NCBI RefSeq assembly: GCF_000018685.1
Contig: NC_010001.1
Location: 2,466,258-2,530,257 of the forward strand
Source of the DNA: Lachnoclostridium phytofermentans ISDg
GTDB lineage: Bacteria > Bacillota > Clostridia > Lachnospirales > Lachnospiraceae
DNA: 64,000 nt
Direction: 5' to 3'
Shown in pieces: positions 50,017 through 59,763 of the stretch. Position 1 is the stretch's first letter. Each line of letters opens with the position of its first letter. The notes beneath the pieces are model-generated. The model did not search any database. It saw only the letters and a program-made list of their open reading frames with translations, and had not been told where the DNA came from. The translations under genes and the position numbers were made by a program.

Positions 50017-51217
50017 ATTAAAAAACAGTAAAGTTCAAGCCATTATGGTTCCTATCATTGCGATTATTGTTAGCTTACTAGTAGGAGCAGTTGTATTACT
50101 TGGCCTAGGTAAGAATCCTATCAGTGTTTATTATAATATTTTACAAGGTGCCGGTATACTTCCAAAGCCTTCTTATGCAGGGTATAAAGGATTGATTACG
50201 GATTTCTTTAGCTTACTTAACATGTGGACACCTATGCTATTTGCTTCCCTTGCGGTTGCAGTGGCGTTAAAGGCAGGGTTATTTAATATAGGTGTTGCGG
50301 GTCAGATGTTAACTGCTGGTTTTGTTAGTACCATAGTGGTTGGGTATAGCTCACTTAATGATTTTCTTGCAAAACCTCTCGTTATTTTAATTAGTATTCT
50401 TACGGGAGCATTGGTTGGCGGATTGATTGGATGGTTGAAACACCGTTATAATATCAATGAGGTTGTATCCTCCATTATGATTAACTATATCGCCCAATAT
50501 GTGATTAGTTTCTTTATTACTATGTACTATATTAATCCTGTATCCAGACAATCAAATCCAGTAAGTAAAGCAGCAAGATTAACCTTAGTGGATATGAAAA
50601 TAGGAAATTATAAGATGGATATTCCGCTTTCTATAATCCTAGCGATTATACTAGTTTTCGTTGTTAGGTTTTTACTGAATCGTACCAAAGTTGGTTTTGA
50701 GCTAAAAGCAATTGGCGAAAGTAAAAATACTGCAAAATACGCTGGTATGAATGTGGGTAAAAATATGGTATTAGCTATGGCAATCTCAGGTGCATTAGCC
50801 GGACTAGCTGGTGTTACTTACTATCTAGGATACTTTGGATCGATTCAACCGAAGGTGTTACCTAGTATAGGATTTGATTCTATTGCAGTAGCACTACTTG
50901 GTAATTCGAATCCTGTTGGTATCTTATTCTCTTCCTTATTAATTTCTATTATTAATAAAGGTAGCACATATATGAGTTCCGCTGCCGGTGTAGAAGCTGA
51001 AATTGCTTCTGTTATTACTGGAATTATACTTCTATTTTCAGCTTGCAGTTTTTATATTAGACATAAGATTGATAGAATAAGTTCAAAATCAGAAGAGAAG
51101 AAGAGCGAAACTCTTACAGAATTGCAAGATATAAGATCTAGTTTTCATAAAGAGGGAAAACAAGAAGAGAAAAAAATAGAATCAACCGAAGTAAAGGAGG
51201 ATAACAAATGGAATTAA
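50006..51217 (+). CDS. Nucleoside ABC transporter permease (NupB-like)
   Basis: Multi-TM BPD_transp_2 protein. Overlaps the upstream gene by 11 nt. Confidence 0.8.
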   Translation: MRNKLKNSKVQAIMVPIIAIIVSLLVGAVVLLGLGKNPISVYYNILQGAGILPKPSYAGYKGLITDFFSLLNMWTPMLFASLAVAVALKAGLFNIGVAGQMLTAGFVSTIVVGYSSLNDFLAKPLVILISILTGALVGGLIGWLKHRYNINEVVSSIMINYIAQYVISFFITMYYINPVSRQSNPVSKAARLTLVDMKIGNYKMDIPLSIILAIILVFVVRFLLNRTKVGFELKAIGESKNTAKYAGMNVGKNMVLAMAISGALAGLAGVTYYLGYFGSIQPKVLPSIGFDSIAVALLGNSNPVGILFSSLLISIINKGSTYMSSAAGVEAEIASVITGIILLFSACSFYIRHKIDRISSKSEEKKSETLTELQDIRSSFHKEGKQEEKKIESTEVKEDNKWN

Positions 51218-52167
51218 TAATTATAGACGGGTTATCCTTTGCATTACCATTATTTATTATGGCAATTGGCGGAATCTATTGTGAAAAGAGTGGAATAACA
51301 AATCTTGCATTAGAAGGTCTACAAGGATTTGGTGCATTTTGTGGAGCATTTGCAGCTGTTCTAGCAATGCGAGCCCTTGGAACAGATTCCTCTGTACCAT
51401 TCTATCTTGCATTATTTATAGCCATGCTTGGTGGTATGGTATTTTCCTTAATCCATGCACTTTTATGTATTCGTTTTAAAGCAAATCAAGTAATTAGTGG
51501 TGTTGTAATTAATATTTTAGCATTATCCTTAACTACCTTTTTAACAAAACAGATTAATCGTGGATTATTTAATGCACCTTCGGATAAGTTCGTATTAGGT
51601 GTTTCTAATAAACTTACGATACCTGTTTTATCAGAGATACCTGTAATCGGGGCAATATTTAAAAACATATACCCTTTTCAAATTGTTATCATTGTAATTG
51701 CATTTATAGCTTGGTATATTCTATATAAAACAAGATTTGGATTGCATGTAAGAGCGTGTGGGGAAAATCCTCATGCTGTCGATGCAGCAGGAATCTCGGT
51801 AGCAAAGACTCGTCTAGTTGCAGTTATCGTATCTGGTGCATTGTCTGGATTAGCTGGTATTAGTTTTGCATATTCTATCTCTGCAAACTTTTCTGGTAGT
51901 ATTTACACTGGATATGGTTACCTTGCTATCGCGGGATTAATCTTTGGAAACTGGTCAATCCTTCCGACATTAGGAGCTTGTCTGTTATTTGGTTTTGCAA
52001 GATCTGGTGGGTATCAGCTTGTCCAGATATTAGAATTACCAAGTGCCTACTCAGACCTAGTTATGATTTTACCTTATGCATTAACAATGCTTTTACTTGT
52101 ATTTTTCTCTAAGCATAATCGTGCACCATCTGCACTTGGTGAAATTTACGATAAAGGAAAACGTTAG
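51208..52167 (+). CDS. Nucleoside ABC transporter permease (NupC-like)
   Basis: Multi-TM. Overlaps the preceding permease gene. Confidence 0.8.
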   Translation: MELIIIDGLSFALPLFIMAIGGIYCEKSGITNLALEGLQGFGAFCGAFAAVLAMRALGTDSSVPFYLALFIAMLGGMVFSLIHALLCIRFKANQVISGVVINILALSLTTFLTKQINRGLFNAPSDKFVLGVSNKLTIPVLSEIPVIGAIFKNIYPFQIVIIVIAFIAWYILYKTRFGLHVRACGENPHAVDAAGISVAKTRLVAVIVSGALSGLAGISFAYSISANFSGSIYTGYGYLAIAGLIFGNWSILPTLGACLLFGFARSGGYQLVQILELPSAYSDLVMILPYALTMLLLVFFSKHNRAPSALGEIYDKGKR

Positions 52168-52335
52168 AATAAAAGATACCTATACCAAAGAGAGTTTTTA
52201 ATTTATAAGCAATTGCAGTATAAATTCCTATAAAATTAATTAGGAGTGAGGGTTGAATTTCACTAAACAAATTTGTATCTGCGCTGAGCTACAAACTTGT
52301 TATGAGAAAAAAGCAGCGCAGAAATGAGGTAAACT

Positions 52336-53604
52336 ATGAATATTAGATTCTATCATGCTCGCATCGCTACTATGCAAAACGATTGTGGTATCATAGAAGG
52401 AGAGCTTTGGGTTACAAATAATCGAATCTCTTATGTAGGTACCGAAAGAGAAAGCCAGATTTCATGGGATAGAGAAATTGATTGTAAAGGGAATCTATTA
52501 ATGCCAGGATTTAAGAATACTCATACGCATTCTGCTATGACATTTCTTAGATCCTACGCTGATGATTTACCATTGCATGATTGGTTAAATAAACAGGTAT
52601 TTCCGATGGAAGCGAAATTATCACCAGATGATATCTATCACTTATCAAAACTAGCCATCTTAGAGTACCTAACTAGTGGTATGACAGCAAACTTTGATAT
52701 GTATATTACACCAGATACGATAGTCCAGGCTTCGATAGATACTGGATTTCGAACCGTTCTTTGTGGTGGAGTAAGTAACTTTTTGCATTCTGTAACACAG
52801 GTTGAGGATTGGTACAAAAAATACAATAATTATCATGAGCTAGTTTCATTTCAACTCGGTTTTCATGCGGAATATACAATAGATAGAGCGACACTTATGG
52901 ATTTAGCTTCGTTAGCAAAACAGCTAAAAGCTCCAGTTTATACCCATAACTCAGAGACAAAAGCAGAAGTTGATGCATGTATATCAAGAAATCAAATGAC
53001 TCCAACTGCATATCTTGATTCCTTAGGTATCTATGATTTTGGTGGTGGCGGATATCATTGTGTTCATATGACCGATGAAGACCTTTACATCGTAAAGAGA
53101 AGAGGAGTTTCAGTTGTTACAAATCCTGGTTCTAACACGAAATTAGCAAGTGGAATTGCACGTATTGAAGATATGTTATCACTTGGAATTAATATAGCAA
53201 TCGGAACAGATGGCCCTGCAAGCAATAATTGTCTTGACATGTTTCGTGAGATGTTCTTAGTTACAGGACTTTCTAAATTAAAGAATGAAGATGCGTCCTC
53301 AGTAGATGCAAATGAAGTTCTTAGGATGGCAACTGTAAATGGTGCAAAAGCGATGTGTCTTACAGACTGTGATTGTCTCGCTGAAGGAAAATTAGCAGAT
53401 TTAATCATGATTAATTTACATCAGCCAAATATGCAGCCAATGAATAACATTACTAAAAACATTGTCTATAGCGGAAGTAAAACCAATGTTAAATTAACAA
53501 TGGTCAATGGCAAGATACTCTATGAAAATGGTGAATTTTTCGTAGGAGAAGATCCAGAGGCTATTTATGCGAAGGCGAATGAAATAATAAATCGTATGAG
53601 ATAA
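52336..53604 (+). CDS. mtaD: 5'-methylthioadenosine / 5'-deoxyadenosine / SAH deaminase (MtaD/DadD-type amidohydrolase)
   Basis: PGFKNTHTHSAMTFLRSYADDLPLHDWLNKQVFPME closely matches the MtaD metal-binding HxH region. 422 aa. Confidence 0.8.
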   Translation: MNIRFYHARIATMQNDCGIIEGELWVTNNRISYVGTERESQISWDREIDCKGNLLMPGFKNTHTHSAMTFLRSYADDLPLHDWLNKQVFPMEAKLSPDDIYHLSKLAILEYLTSGMTANFDMYITPDTIVQASIDTGFRTVLCGGVSNFLHSVTQVEDWYKKYNNYHELVSFQLGFHAEYTIDRATLMDLASLAKQLKAPVYTHNSETKAEVDACISRNQMTPTAYLDSLGIYDFGGGGYHCVHMTDEDLYIVKRRGVSVVTNPGSNTKLASGIARIEDMLSLGINIAIGTDGPASNNCLDMFREMFLVTGLSKLKNEDASSVDANEVLRMATVNGAKAMCLTDCDCLAEGKLADLIMINLHQPNMQPMNNITKNIVYSGSKTNVKLTMVNGKILYENGEFFVGEDPEAIYAKANEIINRMR

Positions 53605-53745
53605 TTTAATTACCGAGAGATATGATACAGTAGTTTTTTAAGATTATGAAGCTATCGAGAGATATTCCATTCATTAACCGTTTTCATTCCATACTTTTTA
53701 CGTTTTAGGCATAAATTTGAATAATAAGATTAGTATTTTACTTAT

Positions 53746-53785
53746 ATTGAAGGCAGTGACATTATAAAGAGTCACTGCCTTCAAT
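53746..53785. terminator. Bidirectional terminator between mtaD and the MerR-family gene
   Basis: attgaaggcagtgac-attataaaga-gtcactgccttcaat, a perfect 15-bp stem. Confidence 0.8.
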
Positions 53786-53792
53786 ATTGATA

Positions 53793-54713
53793 TTACTTTT
53801 TAATTTTCACTGGTTCCAGTAGATTTAGAAAATACTCATTTTTACTTCCATCGGGGCTATCATTACGAATATGTTCTTCAAAACATAGTTTCGAGTGATC
53901 AGATTCATATTTATCATTTATTGATAGTAGTTCCATTAAGGTTTTCCATGAGCCCCCGATATCATCACTGCTTTCAAGCATTGCATATAACCCGCCAGGT
54001 AATCTCATTTCCTTAAGATTATCCGGAACAGCTATTTCATCAGGAATAGAAGCGCACATGCCATATCCATAAGGCTTACCTTCTCCGCTTGGCATTGGAT
54101 TCATGTTTCCACCAAACAAACGTGCTGTTCCTGCTAGATTTGCTGATTTTAACCAGTCTATAACGGGTATCATTGCCTCCTCTTCGGGCGAAACGCTCAC
54201 TGCAATGTTGTATGCGACCCTCATTGGGGGTAGTGTGATAAATCTTAGATTTTTACTATTTTCTTGCTGATTTAACATGATTAACTCCTCCATTTCGTAT
54301 TGTAACTCATTAGTCAGTTTTATGTTTGCCAGCAGTTTCGATATATTTGCATCCGTTATCAATTGATCACTTTGTTCCTGTAAAAATGACAAGAACAGAA
54401 CCAACTGATTTTCTTTATTAGAAATTTCAACCCTTTGAGCTTTTAAAGCAGAAAGTCTGTTAACAATAACTTCTTGTAATTTATTAAACGTTTTGTTATC
54501 CATAACAGTCTTTATTTCACATATCGGAACATCAAATTTTCTTAGTAATGCTGTGATATGAATACATAGAACTGCATTGTCATCATAAACTCTCCATCCA
54601 GAATCATTATCCCTTTTACTGCAAAAAAGTTCTTCCGATTCCCAATGACGCAAAGTACGGCTCGTCAGCCCTAGCTGCGCAGAGAGTTTATGGATTGCGA
54701 TTAGATTATTCAC
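53793..54713 (-). CDS. MerR-family transcriptional regulator with C-terminal GyrI-like effector-binding domain
   Basis: N-terminal MerR HTH (IHKLSAQLGLTSRTLRHWESEELF), a coiled-coil linker and a C-terminal GyrI-like domain. Confidence 0.75.
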   Translation of the reverse strand: MNNLIAIHKLSAQLGLTSRTLRHWESEELFCSKRDNDSGWRVYDDNAVLCIHITALLRKFDVPICEIKTVMDNKTFNKLQEVIVNRLSALKAQRVEISNKENQLVLFLSFLQEQSDQLITDANISKLLANIKLTNELQYEMEELIMLNQQENSKNLRFITLPPMRVAYNIAVSVSPEEEAMIPVIDWLKSANLAGTARLFGGNMNPMPSGEGKPYGYGMCASIPDEIAVPDNLKEMRLPGGLYAMLESSDDIGGSWKTLMELLSINDKYESDHSKLCFEEHIRNDSPDGSKNEYFLNLLEPVKIKK

Positions 54714-54811
54714 TTCTTTTACTCCTTTCAGAGATATCTCTAAAATTATTTTAACACTTGACGTTGCGACAATTGCAAGAGCTTTTTTTCTTAGAAATCA
54801 CATCCGCTAGC

Positions 54812-55012
54812 TTACTTTTTGAGTTTATATAATACTTCTTTTAAGTCCTTAATTACAATCGGTTTTCCCTCTTTATCAAGAAGCGGTGTCATCGTATAGA
54901 AAAATAAAACACCATTGCATAAGTAATGAACACCTGTTTCACGGTCAACTATAATTTCAATTACTCTCAACACACCTTGTGAATAGACAGTTGTAAATCG
55001 TTTATTTTTCAT
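54812..55012 (-). CDS. Small hypothetical protein (66 aa)
   Basis: MKNKRFTTVYSQGVLRVIEIIVDRETGVHYLCNG... Follows a pattern I associate with a small Clostridial protein family. Confidence 0.45.
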   Translation of the reverse strand: MKNKRFTTVYSQGVLRVIEIIVDRETGVHYLCNGVLFFYTMTPLLDKEGKPIVIKDLKEVLYKLKK

Positions 55013-55264
55013 GTCACAATACTCCTTTATTTTACTTTATTACCATACATGATATCATACTGTCTTTTATGCAAGCAAGTGTGCTTCTATTTAGCTAGCT
55101 TAAAAATAATTCTAAAAAAACTTGCAACGAACAAAGTGATGCACAAAATCCACTAGTATGATAGACTAAAATATAATGTAGCTACTGGTTTTTATATCAA
55201 CATGTACCTTTCTACAAATAGATATCATCCTCAATCATATAACGAAAATTTAGGAGGGAACAAG

Positions 55265-55789
55265 ATGTATCAATATAAAAATTTATCAGTTCAAGATGTA
55301 CATAAAATCGAGGAAATCGATGCGGAATGGTTTATACATAAAGCTTGGAGACAAAAAGATGGTGAACTAACCTTAGTTGAAATCAATTGGTTAGAAAAGG
55401 AATTGCCAAATGGTTTACCATGGCACAAAGAACACTTTGTTAATTCTCTAGATGGAGGAGGCAAAGCGATAGGTTGTTTTAATCACGGTACTATGGTTGG
55501 ATATGCTACATTAAATGCAGATTTATTTGGTGAGAAGAAAGATTATCTGCTTCTTGATCAGATATTTATATCTAAAAATGATAGAAATCATGGGATTGGA
55601 AAAGAGCTATTTCATAGATTGGGTGAATGTGCTCTTAAGTTAGGCGCTAAAAAGTTATACATTTGCTCAGCTTCTGCAGAAGAAACGGTTGCATTTTATA
55701 GAAACCTTGGATGTATAGATGCAACTGAAATAAATGAAGAACTTTATGCAATAGACCCAAAAGATATACAACTAGAGTATATCTTATAG
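55265..55789 (+). CDS. GNAT family N-acetyltransferase
   Basis: Motif A region QIFISKNDRNHGIGKELF. RBS ggaggg before the ATG at 55265. Confidence 0.75.
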   Translation: MYQYKNLSVQDVHKIEEIDAEWFIHKAWRQKDGELTLVEINWLEKELPNGLPWHKEHFVNSLDGGGKAIGCFNHGTMVGYATLNADLFGEKKDYLLLDQIFISKNDRNHGIGKELFHRLGECALKLGAKKLYICSASAEETVAFYRNLGCIDATEINEELYAIDPKDIQLEYIL

Positions 55790-55809
55790 GTTTTTAGGGG
55801 TGATATCAT

Positions 55810-56733
55810 ATGAAAATTGACCGACTTTTAGCAATAACCATTTACCTACTCAACCATAAACGTACGTCTGCTGGGGATTTAGCAAATCGCTTCGAAGTTT
55901 CCACTAGGACAATTATGAGAGATATCGATTCTTTATGTCTTGCAGGTATTCCTGTCATATCGACCTTCGGCGTGGATGGGGGTTATGAGATTATGAAAAC
56001 ATTTCAAATGGAGAAACAAGTGGCAGGTGAGATCGATTATTCCTTTATCCTCGCAGCTTTAAAAGGTTTATCAACGGCATATCCAGACAGAGAACTTGAG
56101 AATACGATCGAGAAGTTACAGAGTTTAGGTGAGAATTCCACTCAGAGTATCGTAATTGATCTAGGTGTTGCAAATGAGCACAAGGGAATCAACTCTTTAC
56201 TTTCCATGTTAAGTCATGCGATAAAAATAGAGCACATAGTAGAGTTTACCTATACAAATACAGATAATATAACAAAATCCGCTGTTGTAGAACCAGTATC
56301 TATCATTTACAAATGGTATCATTGGTATTTACTAGCTTATCAACCAAGCCATGAAACTTATTGTTTGTATAAGTTAATTCGAATGGAGCACTTAACCATA
56401 CACGATCAGGAAAATACGATGCTGCATATTCCAAAGGATGCTATGCATATCTGGGAAAGCAGAAATGAAACCCGTACCATGACAACGATAAAGCTAAGGT
56501 GTTCCTCTAGTATACGATCCAGATGCTTAGAATATCTAAATGGTACTATTATTGAAGAATATTCGGATGGTGATTTTCTATATGAGATTATGGTACCGGA
56601 AAATGAACAATTTTGGTTTGGAACAGTACTATCTTTTGGAGATAAGGTAAAAATTATAGAACCGCCTGAAATTATAGAGAGGGTAGTTGCTACATGCAGT
56701 GAAGTTATAAACCAATATAAAAATATTGAATGA
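55810..56733 (+). CDS. YafY-type transcriptional regulator (HTH_11 + WYL + WCX domains)
   Basis: MKIDRLLAITIYLLNHKRTSAGDLANRFEVSTRTIMRDIDSL is the HTH. A central WYL-like region follows. Confidence 0.75.
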   Translation: MKIDRLLAITIYLLNHKRTSAGDLANRFEVSTRTIMRDIDSLCLAGIPVISTFGVDGGYEIMKTFQMEKQVAGEIDYSFILAALKGLSTAYPDRELENTIEKLQSLGENSTQSIVIDLGVANEHKGINSLLSMLSHAIKIEHIVEFTYTNTDNITKSAVVEPVSIIYKWYHWYLLAYQPSHETYCLYKLIRMEHLTIHDQENTMLHIPKDAMHIWESRNETRTMTTIKLRCSSSIRSRCLEYLNGTIIEEYSDGDFLYEIMVPENEQFWFGTVLSFGDKVKIIEPPEIIERVVATCSEVINQYKNIE

Positions 56734-56883
56734 AAAGAATAATTTTGAATAATGACGTACTGTTGTCATAGTTCATTTGATACATTTCTTAGGAAGGGAT
56801 ATTCCCTATACTAGGAAAGGAGCAAGTAGTAGATGATATACTTTCATTAAGTAAGTTTGTATTTTCTATTACTAAGGTTTATA

Positions 56884-57249
56884 ATGAGTAATATTAAGAG
56901 ATATCAGGTTAATGAGGATAACGCATGGTCTGAGATGGTAGAGGCAGGAGATTTTGTATTTTTAAATTTCTGTGTTGGTAACGTGGGGCAATCAGTAGAA
57001 GCACAAGTTCACGGAGCGATTAATTGTATGGAGTATAACTTAAAGAAACTAGGATTAACTCTTGAGCATGTAGTTAAAGTTACCGTCTTACTGAGAGATG
57101 CATGGAATATCCCGATTATGGAAACGGTGTTTAAAGAGAGATTTGCTGGGAATTATCCAGCGAGAATAACAATACAAACAGAATTTGCTCATTGTGGAGG
57201 AGCAGATGGATTACATGCTCAAATTGATGCAATCGCTTATCGGAAGTAA
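56884..57249 (+). CDS. RidA/YjgF/L-PSP family protein
   Basis: 121 aa. C-terminal ...PARITIQTEFAHCGGADGLHAQIDAIA matches the Rid-family signature. Confidence 0.6.
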   Translation: MSNIKRYQVNEDNAWSEMVEAGDFVFLNFCVGNVGQSVEAQVHGAINCMEYNLKKLGLTLEHVVKVTVLLRDAWNIPIMETVFKERFAGNYPARITIQTEFAHCGGADGLHAQIDAIAYRK

Positions 57250-57479
57250 TAGATAGATAATATCAATATGAATTCCATAAAAGAATTAGCTAAAAATGTT
57301 TAAAAATTAATCACCTAAAGAAGAATTTATTTTAAGTTATTTAATAACCAAAATTTTATATGGTAAGAAAAAGAATGATTTAAACGATAAGAAAAAGAAG
57401 TTTTTGAATATTAAAAAAAATTTTGAACTAAGTAAGGGAAAGAATAGTTTTTTATTAGTAAGGATAAGAGTGATTTAAG

Positions 57480-58472
57480 ATGTGGAAACAACAGATAGAA
57501 GATTATTGTAAGTCATTAGGCCTTGATACAATCGGTTTTATACGCAGTAGAAGATTCGTTGAATTAATTGATTTCTATGAGCAAAGAAAAGAGAAGAACT
57601 TACAAAATGAATTTGAAGAGAAGGACATTGAAAAGAGAATCGATCCGAGCCTTACAATGGAGAGCGGGAAAACAATTATATCCATTGCATTTCCTTATTA
57701 CCATGATGAGGAGTATAAAGAAAATGGATTTTCTATTTATACGAAACGTAACGATTATCACAAAGTATTGAAATCCTATCTCAACAAAGTGTGTGAATAC
57801 ATTGAAAGCCTTGGAGGAAAAGCGGAGTGTTTTGTAGACAGTAATGCTCTTCCTGAGCGTTACATCGCTTATTTAGCAGGTGTTGGCTTTATTGGTAAGA
57901 ATAATATGTTAATTACTAAGAAATATGGTTCGTATGTTTTTCTAGGAGAAGTTATAACAGACTTAGAGATGGATTTGGAGGATGTTAGAACTTATCATGA
58001 AATTCCGAAGTATATAGAATGTGGTGATTGCAAACTCTGTTATCATGAATGTCCAACAAAATCAATCAATCAAACCAAAATTAATCCAAATATCTGTTTA
58101 TCCTACCTCACTCAAAAGAAAGACCTATCCGATCAGGAGATTAGTCTCTTAAAAGGTAATGTTTTTGGATGTGATTATTGTCAACTAAAATGCCCTTATA
58201 ATGAAGAAGTTGAAACTAATGTTTTAGATGACTTTAAAACCTTAAGTTATATGAATGAGGATATGGAAATCTTTGCTTCCATGGATAATAAATTCTTCAA
58301 AGATAAGATAAGCAATACTTCTTGCGAGTGGAGAGGAAAGAACGTGATTAAAAGAAATGCAATTCTCCGTATGCATAGAGAAAATCAAGATATCACTAAG
58401 TTACGAGGGGATTCCCCATATATCAATGATTATATTGAACGATTGCTGAAGAAACGTGATGTGAAAGAATAG
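57480..58472 (+). CDS. queG: tRNA epoxyqueuosine(34) reductase QueG
   Basis: Two 4Fe-4S Cys clusters (CGDCKLCYHECP; CDYCQLKCP) and the QueG N-terminal region. Confidence 0.8.
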   Translation: MWKQQIEDYCKSLGLDTIGFIRSRRFVELIDFYEQRKEKNLQNEFEEKDIEKRIDPSLTMESGKTIISIAFPYYHDEEYKENGFSIYTKRNDYHKVLKSYLNKVCEYIESLGGKAECFVDSNALPERYIAYLAGVGFIGKNNMLITKKYGSYVFLGEVITDLEMDLEDVRTYHEIPKYIECGDCKLCYHECPTKSINQTKINPNICLSYLTQKKDLSDQEISLLKGNVFGCDYCQLKCPYNEEVETNVLDDFKTLSYMNEDMEIFASMDNKFFKDKISNTSCEWRGKNVIKRNAILRMHRENQDITKLRGDSPYINDYIERLLKKRDVKE

Positions 58473-58840
58473 TTATATTATGAAAATATCTTATGTGAAG
58501 TCTATAATTTATGTTTTATGTAAAGCCTTATATAAGGAGTCTTTATTATTGAGTTTTATACTATTATGATTTAGATGTACTCTATACAAATGTAAAATAC
58601 GTACCAAATACAGATCTGATTTTTAGTAGACACTTGTAATGTAGGATGGTAAAATATGTATATGAGCGTCGTTTATAATAAGGAAAGTACGCGAAGCGTG
58701 CTTTTTTTGTTTTTGTAAGGTATTTTGCAAAAGAAGGTATATTATCGAATGTAGAAATAGTTAATGAATCTATTCAACCAGATTTAAAGAGAGAAATGTA
58801 GAAGATATAGCTGCGTACATACGCACAGAAAGGACGAATC

Positions 58841-59461
58841 ATGTTTGAGTGTATCATAACATTCTTAAGCTTCATTGTAGCAGTTATTTTTCTTCGGCTG
58901 ATATTTCAAAGAAGAATCAGTCAACGTTTCCAATTTGCTTTATGTGAAATTTTCTTTGTTACGGTACTTCTCGTTGGATGTGCATCTACCAGCAGTGTAA
59001 AAGACGGAGATTTAACAGAAAATAAAGAAATAGAAGAGACCTTAGATGAAAATGATAAGATAAATAATCAGAACACTCTAGATCCTACCAGTTCTGAGGC
59101 AGAGAAAGATTCCGTTGTAAAGTTTACTTACGAATTAATACATCTAGAAAACGGTACGATAGATGGAAATGTTGAAGTCCTATCTGAGAATGAGATAACC
59201 GTTGTTAATAATGCAATCTCTGATTTTATGATAAAATCATCAGCGTGGCCGGGTGTTGATATTGATAAATTAAGCGATTGTTATCAGATAAATTGGATTT
59301 TTGAGGATGGCTCGATATTAGAATATTATACTTTTATAACTGGTGATAAGACAGTAATGCAATTTGGTAAAGATGGTCAGTATAGTATTATCGACAATAA
59401 ATCATATGAAAACATTGTAAATTTGTTTTATAAAATCTTAGAAGAAGATGAAGATATTTAA
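58841..59461 (+). CDS. Hypothetical lipoprotein / membrane-anchored protein
   Basis: LLVGCAST lipobox after a long hydrophobic N-terminus. Acidic C-terminal domain. Confidence 0.5.
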   Translation: MFECIITFLSFIVAVIFLRLIFQRRISQRFQFALCEIFFVTVLLVGCASTSSVKDGDLTENKEIEETLDENDKINNQNTLDPTSSEAEKDSVVKFTYELIHLENGTIDGNVEVLSENEITVVNNAISDFMIKSSAWPGVDIDKLSDCYQINWIFEDGSILEYYTFITGDKTVMQFGKDGQYSIIDNKSYENIVNLFYKILEEDEDI

Positions 59462-59526
59462 GTTATAATAAGGATACTAAAAACTTTGCTACATTTTATT
59501 TAGAACAATATTAATAGCTTAACAAT

Positions 59527-59563
59527 AGAGAGTCTTACTCATATCAGTAAGCTCTCTTTTTTC
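59527..59563 (+). terminator. Rho-independent terminator
   Basis: agagagtcttactc atat cagtaagctctct tttttct. Confidence 0.8.
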
Positions 59564-59763
59564 TTAACGGAAAGAGAGCCATCGATTCCTTGTATTATTA
59601 ATAATTTCTCTAATTCGACACACTAATTTTAAAATCACATAAAGTATTATTAAAATATAATTGTAATTTAATAGTATAGGTGGTATAATAGAGTTTGTTA
59701 AAAATATATCATAATCATTACTATTATTGTTTATAAAGAAAGTTATGGGAAGGGGTAATCACG

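Noticed and set aside
58630-58700. 18-codon ORF (MYMSVVYNKESTRSVLFLFL) with a downstream T-run.
   Set aside because: No RBS and no downstream regulated gene in range. It is more likely part of the queG terminator region.
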